From: an uncultured Chloroflexia bacterium
GTDB taxonomy: Bacteria; Chloroflexota; Limnocylindria; Limnocylindrales; CSP1-4
Direction of reading: 5' to 3'
Length of the DNA: 64,000 nt
Assembly: GCA_963748625.1 (NCBI GenBank)
Contig: CAVVJT010000010.1
Coordinates: forward strand, 1 to 64,000
In this document: positions 1 through 9,316 of the stretch, in pieces
How the letters are laid out: every line of letters starts with the position of its first letter
Position numbering within the stretch: position 1 is the first letter of the stretch
Position numbers and translations under genes: made by a program
The notes under the pieces: model-generated
Database searches by the model: none
What the model saw: the letters and a program-made list of their open reading frames with translations, nothing else
What the model was told of the DNA's origin: nothing

Positions 1-35
1 CAGACCTCCGTGTTGAGCCACTTCACCACGTCGCC
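1..35 (-). tRNA. tRNA, probably Cys(GCA), 5' half only (cut by window edge)
   Basis: Reverse complement GGCGACGTGGTGAAGTGGCTCAACACGGAGGTCTG gives a 5' acceptor strand, D-arm (GTG..CAC) and anticodon stem GAGGT-CT-G; a TATCCT -10 lies upstream. Only the first anticodon base is visible. Confidence 0.6.
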
Positions 36-159
36 CGGGTCACTGGTCGATGACCACGGGCGAGAGGATAGCAGGACTCGCGGGATCGGCAACGACGTGT
101 CGTCTACGCCCGGATCGGTCCGCCGGGCGCGCCAGGACGTCACGGAGGATAGGGTGGAG

Positions 160-233
160 TGGCTGCCCCTCGAGGATTCGAACCTCGGCTAACGGATCCA
201 AAGTCCGCTGTCCTACCGCTAGACGAAGGGGCA
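160..233 (-). tRNA. tRNA-Gln(TTG)
   Basis: Cloverleaf TGCCCCT/AGGGGCA, anticodon arm GCGGA-CT-TTG-GA-TCCGT, GTTCGAATC T-loop, encoded CCA. Confidence 0.96.
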
Positions 234-268
234 GCGGCGCCGGGTGCAGCACGCATATGGGAGGAGAA

Positions 269-344
269 TGGAGCGGAAGACGGGGTTCGAACCCGCGACC
301 TCAACCTTGGCAAGGTTGCGCTCTACCAGCTGAGCCACTTCCGC
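269..344 (-). tRNA. tRNA-Gly(GCC)
   Basis: GCGGAAG...CAACC-TT-GCC-AA-GGTTG...GTTCGAAC...TTCCGCTCCA. Confidence 0.97.
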
Positions 345-364
345 TCGATGACCGACGAGGTCTT

Positions 365-440
365 TGGTGCCGAGAGCCAGATTCGAACTGGCGACACCGC
401 GATTTTCAGTCGCGTGCTCTACCAACTGAGCTACCTCGGC
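365..440 (-). tRNA. tRNA-Phe(GAA)
   Basis: GCCGAGG...CGCGA-CT-GAA-AA-TCGCG...GTTCGAATC...CTCGGCACCA. Confidence 0.97.
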
Positions 441-554
441 CCGTACCCGGGTCCCCGCGGGGGCCCGTCGGCGCGGCGCAGAATACCACGGGTCGGGACG
501 GGGCGGCAACCGCCTCGGGCGGCAAGGTAGGCATCCCAGCGTCTGTGCCGGCCT

Positions 555-733
555 GACCGGCTCCCGGCTCCCGGCGCCGGCCCGGATGGGCGGCTCCGGC
601 CCAGATGTGCGGCACGGATGCGCGGCCAGCGTGCGTACGGGCGGGTGCCCTGCGATTCCTGCGCGCCTGGCGCGCAGGAACCGATGCTCCCCGGCCCCGG
701 AGGCGCGGAGATGGGCGCTGGGCGCGCAGGAAT
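555..733. repeat. Dispersed intergenic repeat copy 1 with adjacent palindrome
   Basis: 615-656 matches 36676-36717 at 39/42 nt; GACCGGCTCCCGG precedes both copies; palindrome TTCCTGCGCGCC-T-GGCGCGCAGGAA at 656-680, with a second right arm at 721-733. Confidence 0.75.
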
Positions 734-935
734 GACGGGTCACGCTCCCGTAGGCGCGCCCGGCGCGCGCCGGCACGGGCGGGGGCCAGGAGCGGGCGCC
801 AGGCGCGGCGGCCGGTGGCGGGACATGGGATGCTTCCGGCGGCGACCGTCACGCGCGGGGTGCCGCTCGCTACCCGGGCTCGTCCCACGCGCCGGCTCGC
901 GCGGGGTGTGTGCACCGGCTCGTCGAAGGCCGTCC

Positions 936-1979
936 TCAGGAGGGCCGGAGCCCAGGTGGCGGAGGCGGCGGCCGGGGCGGGCCGGGAGCCCTGAAGGCCA
1001 TCCGCTGCGACACGCCGACGAGGACCTGGTCAGGCACATCGAGCGGCGGCTGGCCCGTCAGCTCCCGGAGGCGGTTGATCCGCTCCATCACTGGCGGATG
1101 CGTCGCGAAGAGGTCGCGGGTCTTGCCGCTTGCCCCCTTCATCGGGTTCTCGAAGTACAGGTGCTGCGTCGCACGGTTGGCCACCTCGAGCGGCTCCTGG
1201 TCGAGCGCGATCTTCGCGAGGGCGCGCTCCAGCCCGAACGGATTGCGGGTGAGCTCCACGCCCGATGCGTCGGCGAGGTACTCCCGCTGGCGGCTGATCG
1301 CCATCTGCACGAATCGGGCGGCGATCGGGGCCAGGACCGCGAAGGCCAAGGCCACGACCAGGATCACGACCTGGAAACCGCCGCCACCCTCCGACGACGA
1401 GTTCCTCCGGCGCCCTCCCCCACCCCAGAACGTGAACCGGAGGAAGAAGTCGGCAAGGAGCGCGATGGAGCCCACGAGAACGCCGACCATCAGCGAGAAG
1501 CGGATGTCGAAGTTGCGGACGTGGCTCAGCTCGTGGGCCATGACGCCCTGGAGCTCCTCCCGGTCGAGCTTCTGGAGCAGGCCGGTCGTGATCGCGACCG
1601 AGGCGTGCTTGGGGTCGCGCCCGGTGGCGAACGCGTTGGGTGCCGTGTCGTCGATCAGGTACACCCTGGGCATCGGCACGCTGGCCGCGAGGGCCATCTC
1701 TGAGACGACGTTGAGCAGCTGCGGTTGCTCAACGGCTGTGACCTCCTTGGCGCCCGAGGCGGTGAGCACGATGGCCCCGCCGGCGTAGTAGGACACCAGG
1801 GACGCGACCAGGCCGAGGACGACGGCCAGGCCCATCGAGGGCAGACCGCCGAAGGGATCACCGAAGTAGGCCCAGCCGATGAGGAAGCCGAGCAGCCCCA
1901 GGATCGCGACGACCAGCAGGGCCAGCAGCACGGAGTTGCGCTTGTTGGCCCCGATCTGGTTGTAGAACGTGCTTGCCAT
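936..1979 (-). CDS. htpX: M48 family membrane zinc metalloprotease HtpX
   Basis: PNAFATG, HELSH (HExxH), SRQREYLAD and THPP motifs; TM helices; directly downstream of lemA. Confidence 0.93.
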   Translation of the reverse strand: MASTFYNQIGANKRNSVLLALLVVAILGLLGFLIGWAYFGDPFGGLPSMGLAVVLGLVASLVSYYAGGAIVLTASGAKEVTAVEQPQLLNVVSEMALAASVPMPRVYLIDDTAPNAFATGRDPKHASVAITTGLLQKLDREELQGVMAHELSHVRNFDIRFSLMVGVLVGSIALLADFFLRFTFWGGGGRRRNSSSEGGGGFQVVILVVALAFAVLAPIAARFVQMAISRQREYLADASGVELTRNPFGLERALAKIALDQEPLEVANRATQHLYFENPMKGASGKTRDLFATHPPVMERINRLRELTGQPPLDVPDQVLVGVSQRMAFRAPGPPRPPPPPPGLRPS

Positions 1980-2033
1980 GCCGTGTCCGGGGCGACCCGC
2001 GGGGGGTTCGCCCGTCAGGAAGGCGCCTGCGCG

Positions 2034-2594
2034 CTAGAGCGTGAGGTCCACGTTGGGGACGGCCTCTGCCTCGGGACCGGCGTCGAAGAACTCGCGCTTG
2101 ATGAAGCCGAACACACCGGCCAGCAGCACGGCCGGGAACGTCTGGATCCCGTTGTTGTAGTCGAGCACGGTGGCGTTGTAGTGCTGGCGTGAGAAGGAGA
2201 TCTGGTTCTCGGTCGTGGTCAGCTCCTCCTGGAGCTGCATCACGTTCTGGCTCGCCTTGAGGTCGGGATAGTTCTCGACAACCGCGAACAGCGAGCGCAG
2301 GGCGCCCGTCAGCATGTTCTCGGCGGCGGCGGACGCGGCCGGACCCTGGGCCCCCGCGGCGACCGCGCCGGCACGCGCTTCGGTGACCCTCGTCAGGACG
2401 TCCTGCTCGAAGTTCATGTAGCCCTTCACGGCCGACACGAGGTTCGGGATGAGGTCCCAGCGGCGCTTGAGCTGGACCTCGATCTGGGCGTACGCCTCAT
2501 CGACGCGGTTGCGCTTGCCGATCAGCCCGTTGTAGATCCCGATCAGCACCACCGCGAGGACGATGACGATGACCAGGACGATGAGCAGTTCCAT
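2034..2594 (-). CDS. lemA: LemA family protein
   Basis: N-terminal TM, then QLKRRWDLIPNLV, ENYPDLKA, ENQISFSRQHYN; GGAGG RBS before ATG 2594. Confidence 0.95.
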   Translation of the reverse strand: MELLIVLVIVIVLAVVLIGIYNGLIGKRNRVDEAYAQIEVQLKRRWDLIPNLVSAVKGYMNFEQDVLTRVTEARAGAVAAGAQGPAASAAAENMLTGALRSLFAVVENYPDLKASQNVMQLQEELTTTENQISFSRQHYNATVLDYNNGIQTFPAVLLAGVFGFIKREFFDAGPEAEAVPNVDLTL

Positions 2595-2704
2595 GCCGCC
2601 TCCCTGCTGGCTCCCCGGGCGCGTGGGGCGCCGTGCGCGCAGCATAGCGCCAACGGATCGCGGATCGCCGCACGTGGCATGCTGCGCCGTCGGGCGCCAC
2701 CGGT

Positions 2705-3373
2705 CTACGAGTCGCGAACCCCCGCCGCCGCGAACGCCATCGCCCGCTGCAGGGCTGCGGCACGCATATGCGGCTCGATCGGCACCGGGCCCCCGAGACG
2801 CGAGGCATTGAGGGCCGCCTGGGCGGCCTCCTCGATCACGCCCCCCACGAGGATCGCGAGCTCCGGGTTGCGGTGGAACACGAGCACCCCGTGGTTGGCC
2901 AGGAGGACGGCCGGCGCCCCGGTGCGCACGGCCGCATCGATGCCGGCCACCGCTTCGGCTGAGCCCCGCGGCGCATAGCCGGCCACCGGCACGCCATCGG
3001 CGAGGCCGAACATCGCCATGGCCTCGATCCAGCAGTCGATCGGCTGGCGGGCCACCGCGAAGGCGGTCGCGAACGGCGAGTGCGTGTGCAGCACGCATCC
3101 AACCTCATCACTGGCCCGATAGCGCGACGTGTGCATGTCCACCACCGCGCCCTGGATCGGCGGGAGCTGGCCCTCGATCAGCGAGCCGTCCAGGCCGACG
3201 CGCGCGACCCCCTCGGGTCCCAGACCATTGAGGGTGCTCGCCGAGGTGAAGTACATCTCCTCCGCGCCGGGAACCCGGATGCTCAGGTTGCCATGGCCGT
3301 TGGCGCCGATCGCGCCGCTGGCGAGCACGCGCTGCGTGGCATCGATGAGCTGGTCGACAAGGACGCGATCCAC
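2705..3373 (-). CDS. Class II aldolase/adducin family protein
   Basis: GNLSIR, HTHS and LLANHG motifs; GAGGT RBS before GTG. Confidence 0.88.
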   Translation of the reverse strand: MDRVLVDQLIDATQRVLASGAIGANGHGNLSIRVPGAEEMYFTSASTLNGLGPEGVARVGLDGSLIEGQLPPIQGAVVDMHTSRYRASDEVGCVLHTHSPFATAFAVARQPIDCWIEAMAMFGLADGVPVAGYAPRGSAEAVAGIDAAVRTGAPAVLLANHGVLVFHRNPELAILVGGVIEEAAQAALNASRLGGPVPIEPHMRAAALQRAMAFAAAGVRDS

Positions 3374-3431
3374 GGGGACACCTCGGCCGGGGGCTGGACT
3401 CGTGCATCGTGGCAGATCACGGGCTTGCCGC

Positions 3432-3461
3432 CAACCGGCGGTTGCGCGCTACCGCCGGTTG
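3432..3461. terminator. Hairpin downstream of tRNA-Val (possible terminator)
   Basis: Perfect 11-bp stem CAACCGGCGGT/ACCGCCGGTTG with 8-nt loop; no U-tract. Confidence 0.45.
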
Positions 3462-3537
3462 CCCGATAGATCGCCGGGGCGGCCGCGGCGCGACGGATCG
3501 CCGGATCGCCGGGCGGTGACGTGCCGGCCGATGGACT

Positions 3538-3614
3538 TGGTGGGCGGTGAGGGACTCGAACCCCCGGCATCCTCGGTGTAAACGAGGCGCTCTGACCAAC
3601 TGAGCTAACCGCCC
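3538..3614 (-). tRNA. tRNA-Val(TAC)
   Basis: GGGCGGT...CCTCG-TT-TAC-AC-CGAGG...GTTCGAGTC...ACCGCCCACCA. Confidence 0.96.
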
Positions 3615-3650
3615 GGTGTGGGGTGAGGATATGACCCCGGAAACGACGAC

Positions 3651-3670
3651 GGGCGGCCTGTCGGCCGCCC
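3651..3670 (-). terminator. Hairpin after the tRNA-Leu pair
   Basis: GGGCGGCC-tgtc-GGCCGCCC stem, followed on the minus strand by GTCGTCGTTT. Confidence 0.5.
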
Positions 3671-3688
3671 GCTTGCGAGTCAGGTGCG

Positions 3689-3773
3689 TGGTGCCCAGGC
3701 CGGGACTTGAACCCGGATGAGTTGCCTCATACGCCCCTCAAACGTACGCGTATACCAATTCCGCCACCTGGGC
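3689..3773 (-). tRNA. tRNA-Leu(GAG)
   Basis: GCCCAGG...TACGT-TT-GAG-GG-GCGTA, long variable arm, GTTCAAGTC, CCTGGGCACCA. Confidence 0.95.
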
Positions 3774-3816
3774 AGGTGGTTCACCGTGTCGTGACAGGCA
3801 TCCTCGCGAGGAGGGA

Positions 3817-3902
3817 TGGTACCGAGGGAGGGAGTCGAACCCACACGACCTTGCGGCCACTGGTACCTGAAACCAGCGCGTCTACCATTCCGCCACCTCG
3901 GC
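3817..3902 (-). tRNA. tRNA-Leu(CAG)
   Basis: GCCGAGG...CTGGT-TT-CAG-GT-ACCAG, long variable arm, GTTCGACTC, CCTCGGTACCA. Confidence 0.95.
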
Positions 3903-3928
3903 AAGTCACAAGACCGGCCTCCCGAAGG

Positions 3929-5671
3929 CTACCGGTCCGCGGCGAGGCGCCATGCTAGCACATCCCAATACCGGTCGCCGGTGGTCCGGATGAGCCGTTG
4001 TTCGGTGCCGTTGAGACCCCGCGCGAGCATGACTTCGTCGATCCAGGCCAGCGGCAGGAGGGGCCGTTTGGCGGCCAGCGCGTCGAGCAGCGCCTTCCAC
4101 GCCTTCGTCCGGTCCTCGTCTGCGCCGGGCTTCCGGGCAGCCTCGAGCAGGGCATCGAGCTGGGGGTCCTGGAACCCCGCGAGGTTCGAGCCCCCGGCCC
4201 GCACCTGGCTGGATGCGAGGAGCGGATAGAGGTCTGGCTCCAGGCCCTCGGCGATGTCGATGACCGCAGCCGTGTAGTCACCCTCGCGCAGCTTGGGCGC
4301 GAGCTCGGTCACCGGCACCTCCAGGACGCCGACCGTCATGCCGAGCTCCGTCCAGGCCTGGCGCACGAACTCCGTGATGGCGGCGAGGCGGGGGTTCGCG
4401 TCGGCGGGGACGGTCACCAGCTCGAGCGAGTACCCCTCCTTGCCCTTGGGCGCGACGATCTTGCCGTTCTTCTTCATCGTCCAACCCGCGTCCTTGAGCA
4501 GCTTGGCCGCCTTGGTCGGGTCGTACGGGACGGCCTTCGGATCGGCCGCGTCGTAGGCCCATGAGGAGGGCGGCACGAGCGCATCGGCACGGACCCCGTC
4601 CCCGCCGAGCACATCGCGCACGAGCGTGTCACGGTCGATCGCAAGCAGCAGCGCCTCGCGCGTCCGCGGATCACGCAGCTCTGGGTGGGTGGGCCTCAGG
4701 TTCAGCAGCACGGTGCTCAGGGTGGTCGTCGGATAGCGCAGCCGCTCCATGCCGGGCAATGCCGCGATCGTGTCGGTGGCGTCCTTGGTGAGACCGGCCA
4801 CCACGTCGATCTCGCCCGCTTCGAGCGCCGCGGTGAGCGCCTCCTGGTCCTCGAAGAAGCTGACCACCATCTGCTCGATGTAGGGCGTGGGAACCACGGC
4901 GCTGGGCGCCGGCAGGGGTGTTGCCAGGGAGTCCATCGTGGGCGATGGCGATGCCTCCTCGACCGGCTCGCCCTGGTCGGGAAGGACCATGCTCGTGGGC
5001 ACCAGCACTGCCCGCGTGTCGTCGATCTCCGAGATGGCGTACGGCCCGGAGCCGACCGGGTAGGCGGCGAACTCGCTGGTGGCGAGGTCCGCGAACGGCA
5101 CGTCCGCGAGCATGTGCTCCGGGAGCAGGGGCTGGAGCGCGGCAGCCAGGAACCCGGCGATCGGGGTGCCGAGCTTGAAGACGACGGTCCGCTCGTCCAC
5201 GGCTTCGACCGCGACGTCTGCCCAGGCGGCAGCACCCACGCCCATCGCCTCCGGGCTCTGGAGCGCCTGGATGGTGTAGACCACGTCGGCCGAGGTGACG
5301 GGCTCGCCGTCCTGCCACACGGCATCGTCTCGGATCGTGAATGTCCACGAGTTGCCCGTGGCGTCCACCGACCAGCTTTCGGCAAGGTCCGGTTTGTAGG
5401 AGGTCCCGGGTCCCAGCTTCACGAGCCCTGAGAAGATGAGGCCGACGAGGGTCCGCTCCGCGCGCGTGCGCGCGGTGACAGGCGTGATGGAGGTCGGGAT
5501 GCCAACGATGCCCTCGCGATACACCGCTTGGGGCGGGAGCGTGGGCGTGGGCGTTGGCTCAGCCGTCTCAACAGGACCGGCGGTGGGTGCGTTCGGCACT
5601 GCGATCGCAACGCCGAGCACAACCAGTATCAGGACGAGTGCGGCCACGACCGCACGATCTCGGGTGTTCAC
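3929..5671 (-). CDS. Peptide/nickel ABC transporter substrate-binding protein (family 5)
   Basis: N-terminal anchor; PDLAESWSV..WTFTIR..WQDGEPVTSADVVYT signature; PVGSGPY. Confidence 0.9.
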   Translation of the reverse strand: MNTRDRAVVAALVLILVVLGVAIAVPNAPTAGPVETAEPTPTPTLPPQAVYREGIVGIPTSITPVTARTRAERTLVGLIFSGLVKLGPGTSYKPDLAESWSVDATGNSWTFTIRDDAVWQDGEPVTSADVVYTIQALQSPEAMGVGAAAWADVAVEAVDERTVVFKLGTPIAGFLAAALQPLLPEHMLADVPFADLATSEFAAYPVGSGPYAISEIDDTRAVLVPTSMVLPDQGEPVEEASPSPTMDSLATPLPAPSAVVPTPYIEQMVVSFFEDQEALTAALEAGEIDVVAGLTKDATDTIAALPGMERLRYPTTTLSTVLLNLRPTHPELRDPRTREALLLAIDRDTLVRDVLGGDGVRADALVPPSSWAYDAADPKAVPYDPTKAAKLLKDAGWTMKKNGKIVAPKGKEGYSLELVTVPADANPRLAAITEFVRQAWTELGMTVGVLEVPVTELAPKLREGDYTAAVIDIAEGLEPDLYPLLASSQVRAGGSNLAGFQDPQLDALLEAARKPGADEDRTKAWKALLDALAAKRPLLPLAWIDEVMLARGLNGTEQRLIRTTGDRYWDVLAWRLAADR

Positions 5672-5713
5672 GACCTAGGGGTGCTCGAAGCGGCCACGAT
5701 CGCGCGGGCCCGC

Positions 5714-5935
5714 CTAGGTGGCTGCAGCGAACCCGATCAGCGAGAACAGGATGAACAGCACCATCAGGAGGACGGTGAACTGCCACAGGCGGCGCTCGAC
5801 GCCGCGACGGCTCCGGTACACAGCCGAATCGCCGCCGAACGTTCCCGAGAGACCCGTCCCGCGGGCCTGGAGCAGGATGGCGGCGATGAGCGCGACGCTG
5901 ATCAGGATCTGGCCGAGGGCCAGGATCGGATTCAC
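5714..5935 (-). CDS. secG: Preprotein translocase subunit SecG
   Basis: ILLQARGTGLSGTFGG...RRGVE, two TMs, GGAGG RBS; usual position after tpiA/gpmI. Confidence 0.95.
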   Translation of the reverse strand: MNPILALGQILISVALIAAILLQARGTGLSGTFGGDSAVYRSRRGVERRLWQFTVLLMVLFILFSLIGFAAAT

Positions 5936-6012
5936 GGGTGCGAAAACCTCCGATTGGTGACGACCGCGGATGGTATCAGACCCGCGCGCGTTTCCGGTCC
6001 GTTCCCGCCACC

Positions 6013-7590
6013 TCAGGCGGGTTCCAGCAGCGAGCGCCCGGTCATCCCCTCCCAGCGCGGCAGGCCCGCGAGCTCCAGGATGGTCGGCGCGACGTCCGCG
6101 AGGACCCCGTCCCCGATCCGCCTGCCTGCAAGCGCTCGACCCATGCCGAGCAGGGGAACCGGGTTGAGCGAGTGCTTCGTGACCGGCCTGCCTTCGGCGT
6201 CGATCATGTCGTCCGCGTTCCCGTGGTCGGCGGTGACGAACAGCACGACCCCGGGACCGCTGGGATCAGCGGCCTCCACAGCGGCGATCGCATCCACGAT
6301 CCGCCCGAGGCACCCGTCGATCACGCCGAGGGCCTCCACCGTCGCGTCCCACACGCCGGTGTGGCCCACCATGTCCGGGTTGGCGAAGTTGGCAACGATG
6401 AAGTCGTAGCGCCCCGAGGTGATCGCGGCGACCAGCTCATCGGTGACGCCGGCCGCGGACATGGACGGCTGGAGGTCATAGGTCGCGACCTTGGAGCTCG
6501 GGACCAGCCTGCGCTCCTCGCCGGGCCAGGCCTGCTCGACGCCGCCGTTGAAAAAGTACGTGACATGCGCGTACTTCTCGGTCTCGGCGACGTGGAACTG
6601 GGTCCAGCCGGCCTCGCTGAACGCCTGCGCAAGCGAGCGCGCCTCCTCCGGCCCGAAGGCGACCTCGACCGGCAGCCCCGACTCGTACTCGCTCATCGTC
6701 ACGACGAGCAGGTCCCGCGGGACCACCTGGCCGTCCGGACCCGTCCGATCGAACGAGTCGAAGTCGGGACGGGACAGGGCATTCGTGAGCTGGCGGGCAC
6801 GATCGGCCCGGAAGTTGAAGTGGACGATCGGATCGCCGTCGCGCAGGGCTGCGTCCATGCCCGCGATTGCGGTGGGCACGACGAACTCGTCCGTCTCGCC
6901 GCGGGCGTAGGCCTCCTCGATCGCCGCCGTGGCCGATGCGGCGACGAGGCCGGCCCCGAACACGATCGCGTCGTATCCCTTCTCCGTGCGCTCCCAGCGG
7001 GTGTCGCGGTCCATCGCGAAATAGCGGCCACCCACGGTGGCGATCCTGGCGTCGGGATGGGCGATGGCCAGGCGGCGCTCGAGATCCGCCATGAAGCCGA
7101 GTGCGGAGCTGGGGGGCGTGTCACGTCCGTCGAGCAGCGCGTGGATCCGCACGGACGGGACGCCCATGCGTGCGGCCAGCTCGACGAGGGCGACGAGGTG
7201 ACGGTCATGGGCATGCACACCGCCTGGCCCGATCAGGCCGACCGCGTGGAGCCGGCCAGTCGCCCTGGCCCGCTCGCAGGCCGCGACGAGCGCAGGCCGG
7301 GTGAAGAACGACCCGTCGTCGATGGCCGCGTCGATGCGGGGCAGGTCCTGGAGCACCGGGCGCCCGGCACCGAGGTTGAGGTGCCCGACCTCCGAGTTGC
7401 CCATCTGGCCGGCCGGCAGGCCGACCGCGTCCTCCGAGGCCCGGAGCACGCCGTGCGGGTTGCCGGCGAGCATGGCCCGCCAGCGCGGCATCGGGGTGGA
7501 TGCGATCGCGTCGCGGGACGGGTCCGGCCCGATGCCGAACCCGTCAAGGACGACCAGGACGATGGGACGCGGTCGCGCGCCCCCCGTCAC
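6013..7590 (-). CDS. gpmI: 2,3-bisphosphoglycerate-independent phosphoglycerate mutase
   Basis: LDGFG, GQMGNSEVGH, DGRDTPP, NFRADRARQ, AETEKYAHVT, TADHGNA; GTG overlaps the tpiA stop. Confidence 0.96.
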   Translation of the reverse strand: MTGGARPRPIVLVVLDGFGIGPDPSRDAIASTPMPRWRAMLAGNPHGVLRASEDAVGLPAGQMGNSEVGHLNLGAGRPVLQDLPRIDAAIDDGSFFTRPALVAACERARATGRLHAVGLIGPGGVHAHDRHLVALVELAARMGVPSVRIHALLDGRDTPPSSALGFMADLERRLAIAHPDARIATVGGRYFAMDRDTRWERTEKGYDAIVFGAGLVAASATAAIEEAYARGETDEFVVPTAIAGMDAALRDGDPIVHFNFRADRARQLTNALSRPDFDSFDRTGPDGQVVPRDLLVVTMSEYESGLPVEVAFGPEEARSLAQAFSEAGWTQFHVAETEKYAHVTYFFNGGVEQAWPGEERRLVPSSKVATYDLQPSMSAAGVTDELVAAITSGRYDFIVANFANPDMVGHTGVWDATVEALGVIDGCLGRIVDAIAAVEAADPSGPGVVLFVTADHGNADDMIDAEGRPVTKHSLNPVPLLGMGRALAGRRIGDGVLADVAPTILELAGLPRWEGMTGRSLLEPA

Positions 7591-8372
7591 GAGGCGAGCC
7601 CGCGCGCCTGTGCCGTGATCCCTGCGCGCGCGGCGATCCCGGCCATCTCGTCGGGCTTGAGCGATGCGCCGCCGATGAGGGCGCCATCGACACCCGGCTC
7701 GGCCAGGAACTCGGCGATGTTGGCGGCGGTGACGCTGCCGCCGTAGAGCACGGGCGTCTCGTCGGCCAGGTCGCCCCAGCCGAGCTTGCGCAGCGACGCC
7801 CGGATGGCGTCGGCCATTGCGCCGGCGTCTGCGCCGAACGCGTTCTTGCCGGTGCCGATGGCCCACACGGGCTCATAGGCGATCACGATGCCCGCGGCGA
7901 CGAGCGCGGCGGCGTCGCGACCGGTGAGGGCGCCTGCGAGCTGGCCGTCAACGACCTGCTCTGCGCGGCCGGCCTCGCGATCTGCGAGAACCTCACCCAC
8001 GCACAGGATCGGGCGCAGGCCGCCGGCGATTGCACGGTCGAGCTTCTTGCCGACCAGCTCGTCGGTCTCGGCGAAGTAGGCGCGGCGCTCAGAGTGGCCG
8101 AGGATCACCCAGGAGGCGAGGCCGGCCAGCATGTTGACGGAGATCTCACCGGTGTAGGCCCCGGCCAGCTCATGGTGGACGTTCTGGGCTCCCACCCCGA
8201 CGTCCTCGCCGGCGAGCGCGTCGCGGACGGCCGCGAGGCTCACGTACGGCGGACAGATCACCCGCGTGATGCCCGGCTCCCGCGTGCGGGACGCGATGGT
8301 CCTCGCAAGCTCACCGGCATCAGCGGGGGTGGTGTTCATCTTCCAGTTGGCAGCAATGACGATCGGGCGCAT
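7587..8372 (-). CDS. tpiA: Triosephosphate isomerase
   Basis: ANWKMN, GHSERR, AYEPVWAIGTG, LYGGSV, GGASLK. Confidence 0.97.
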   Translation of the reverse strand: MRPIVIAANWKMNTTPADAGELARTIASRTREPGITRVICPPYVSLAAVRDALAGEDVGVGAQNVHHELAGAYTGEISVNMLAGLASWVILGHSERRAYFAETDELVGKKLDRAIAGGLRPILCVGEVLADREAGRAEQVVDGQLAGALTGRDAAALVAAGIVIAYEPVWAIGTGKNAFGADAGAMADAIRASLRKLGWGDLADETPVLYGGSVTAANIAEFLAEPGVDGALIGGASLKPDEMAGIAARAGITAQARGLAS

Positions 8373-8394
8373 GCCTGCATGATGACAGATGCGA

Positions 8395-9306
8395 TCACGA
8401 GCCCACGTTGCCCTTCGGCCCCCCAGCAGTCGTCGCGCGGCCCGCCCGGCGGCGTCCGAGAGGCTCCCCGAACCCGGCACCGGATGGCCCCCGACGGTGG
8501 CGCAGACCGACGCCGCCATCATCGTGCAGCGCAAGGCGCTCGAGCCGGTCGAGGGCACGCTGGACCGTGCTCCGGTGCAGGTCCAGCCGGATGGCGATGT
8601 CGGAGAACGACGCCTCTGGCGTCTCCCGGCGCGCCTCAGCCACCGCGCGCACGGTCCGCGGCTGCTCGGCCAGGCGACCGTCCGCATCCAGGGTGTCGAT
8701 CGCCGCAAGCTGGCGGCCCGCGGCCGCCACCGATCGCTGCAGGTTCGCGGATTCCGCGTTGAGCACCCGGTTGAGATCGCCCCGCAGGCTGCGGGCGACG
8801 CTGCGGGCCTCGAGCTCCAGGAGCGCAGAGGTCGCGCCGATCCTGCCCAGGAACCCGGCGATCGCCTCGGTGCTCTTCATCGTCACGACGCCCTGGCCCC
8901 GGCGCAGCCGCCACGCCGCCGGTGCTCCGACGTTCCTGAGACGAGCGGCGAGCGCCGGCGCCTCGTCGGGCGGCACGGTCAGCTCCAGGTGCGCACGGCC
9001 AGAGGCGAGGCTGAGCGAGCCGCGGGCGAGGAAGCGGCCTCGCAGCCATGCGAAGCGACAGTGCTCCGGCGCCCTGGGCCAGTCGATGGAGGCCTCGGGC
9101 AGGATGAAGGTCCGGCGCGTCCCCTTTCCACCAACGGCGGCATGCCCACCGAGGCGGATGACGAGCCTGGCGAGCGACGCCTCGCGGGCGTACACCCGGA
9201 CCCCGAGTCCCGCGATCTCCGCGTTCCGGTCGCACTCCCGCGCAGGATCCAGCGCGGCGAGCTCCGCACGCAGAGCGACGACCAGGTCCCGGTCCGAGCC
9301 CGACAT
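8395..9306 (-). CDS. whiA: DNA-binding protein WhiA
   Basis: WLRGRFLARGS LAGLIDADG-derived motif, NRVLNAESANL, C-terminal HTH; third gene of rapZ-yvcK-whiA. Confidence 0.88.
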   Translation of the reverse strand: MSGSDRDLVVALRAELAALDPARECDRNAEIAGLGVRVYAREASLARLVIRLGGHAAVGGKGTRRTFILPEASIDWPRAPEHCRFAWLRGRFLARGSLSLASGRAHLELTVPPDEAPALAARLRNVGAPAAWRLRRGQGVVTMKSTEAIAGFLGRIGATSALLELEARSVARSLRGDLNRVLNAESANLQRSVAAAGRQLAAIDTLDADGRLAEQPRTVRAVAEARRETPEASFSDIAIRLDLHRSTVQRALDRLERLALHDDGGVGLRHRRGPSGAGFGEPLGRRRAGRATTAGGPKGNVGS

Positions 9307-9316
9307 CGTCCCCGCG

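Noticed and set aside
50-915. ORFs overlapping the tRNA cluster
   Set aside because: They overlap canonical tRNA genes and the repeat element, and show no protein-like features
160-3902. Integrative element at the tRNA clusters
   Set aside because: No integrase and no duplicated tRNA 3' end (att site) found by eye
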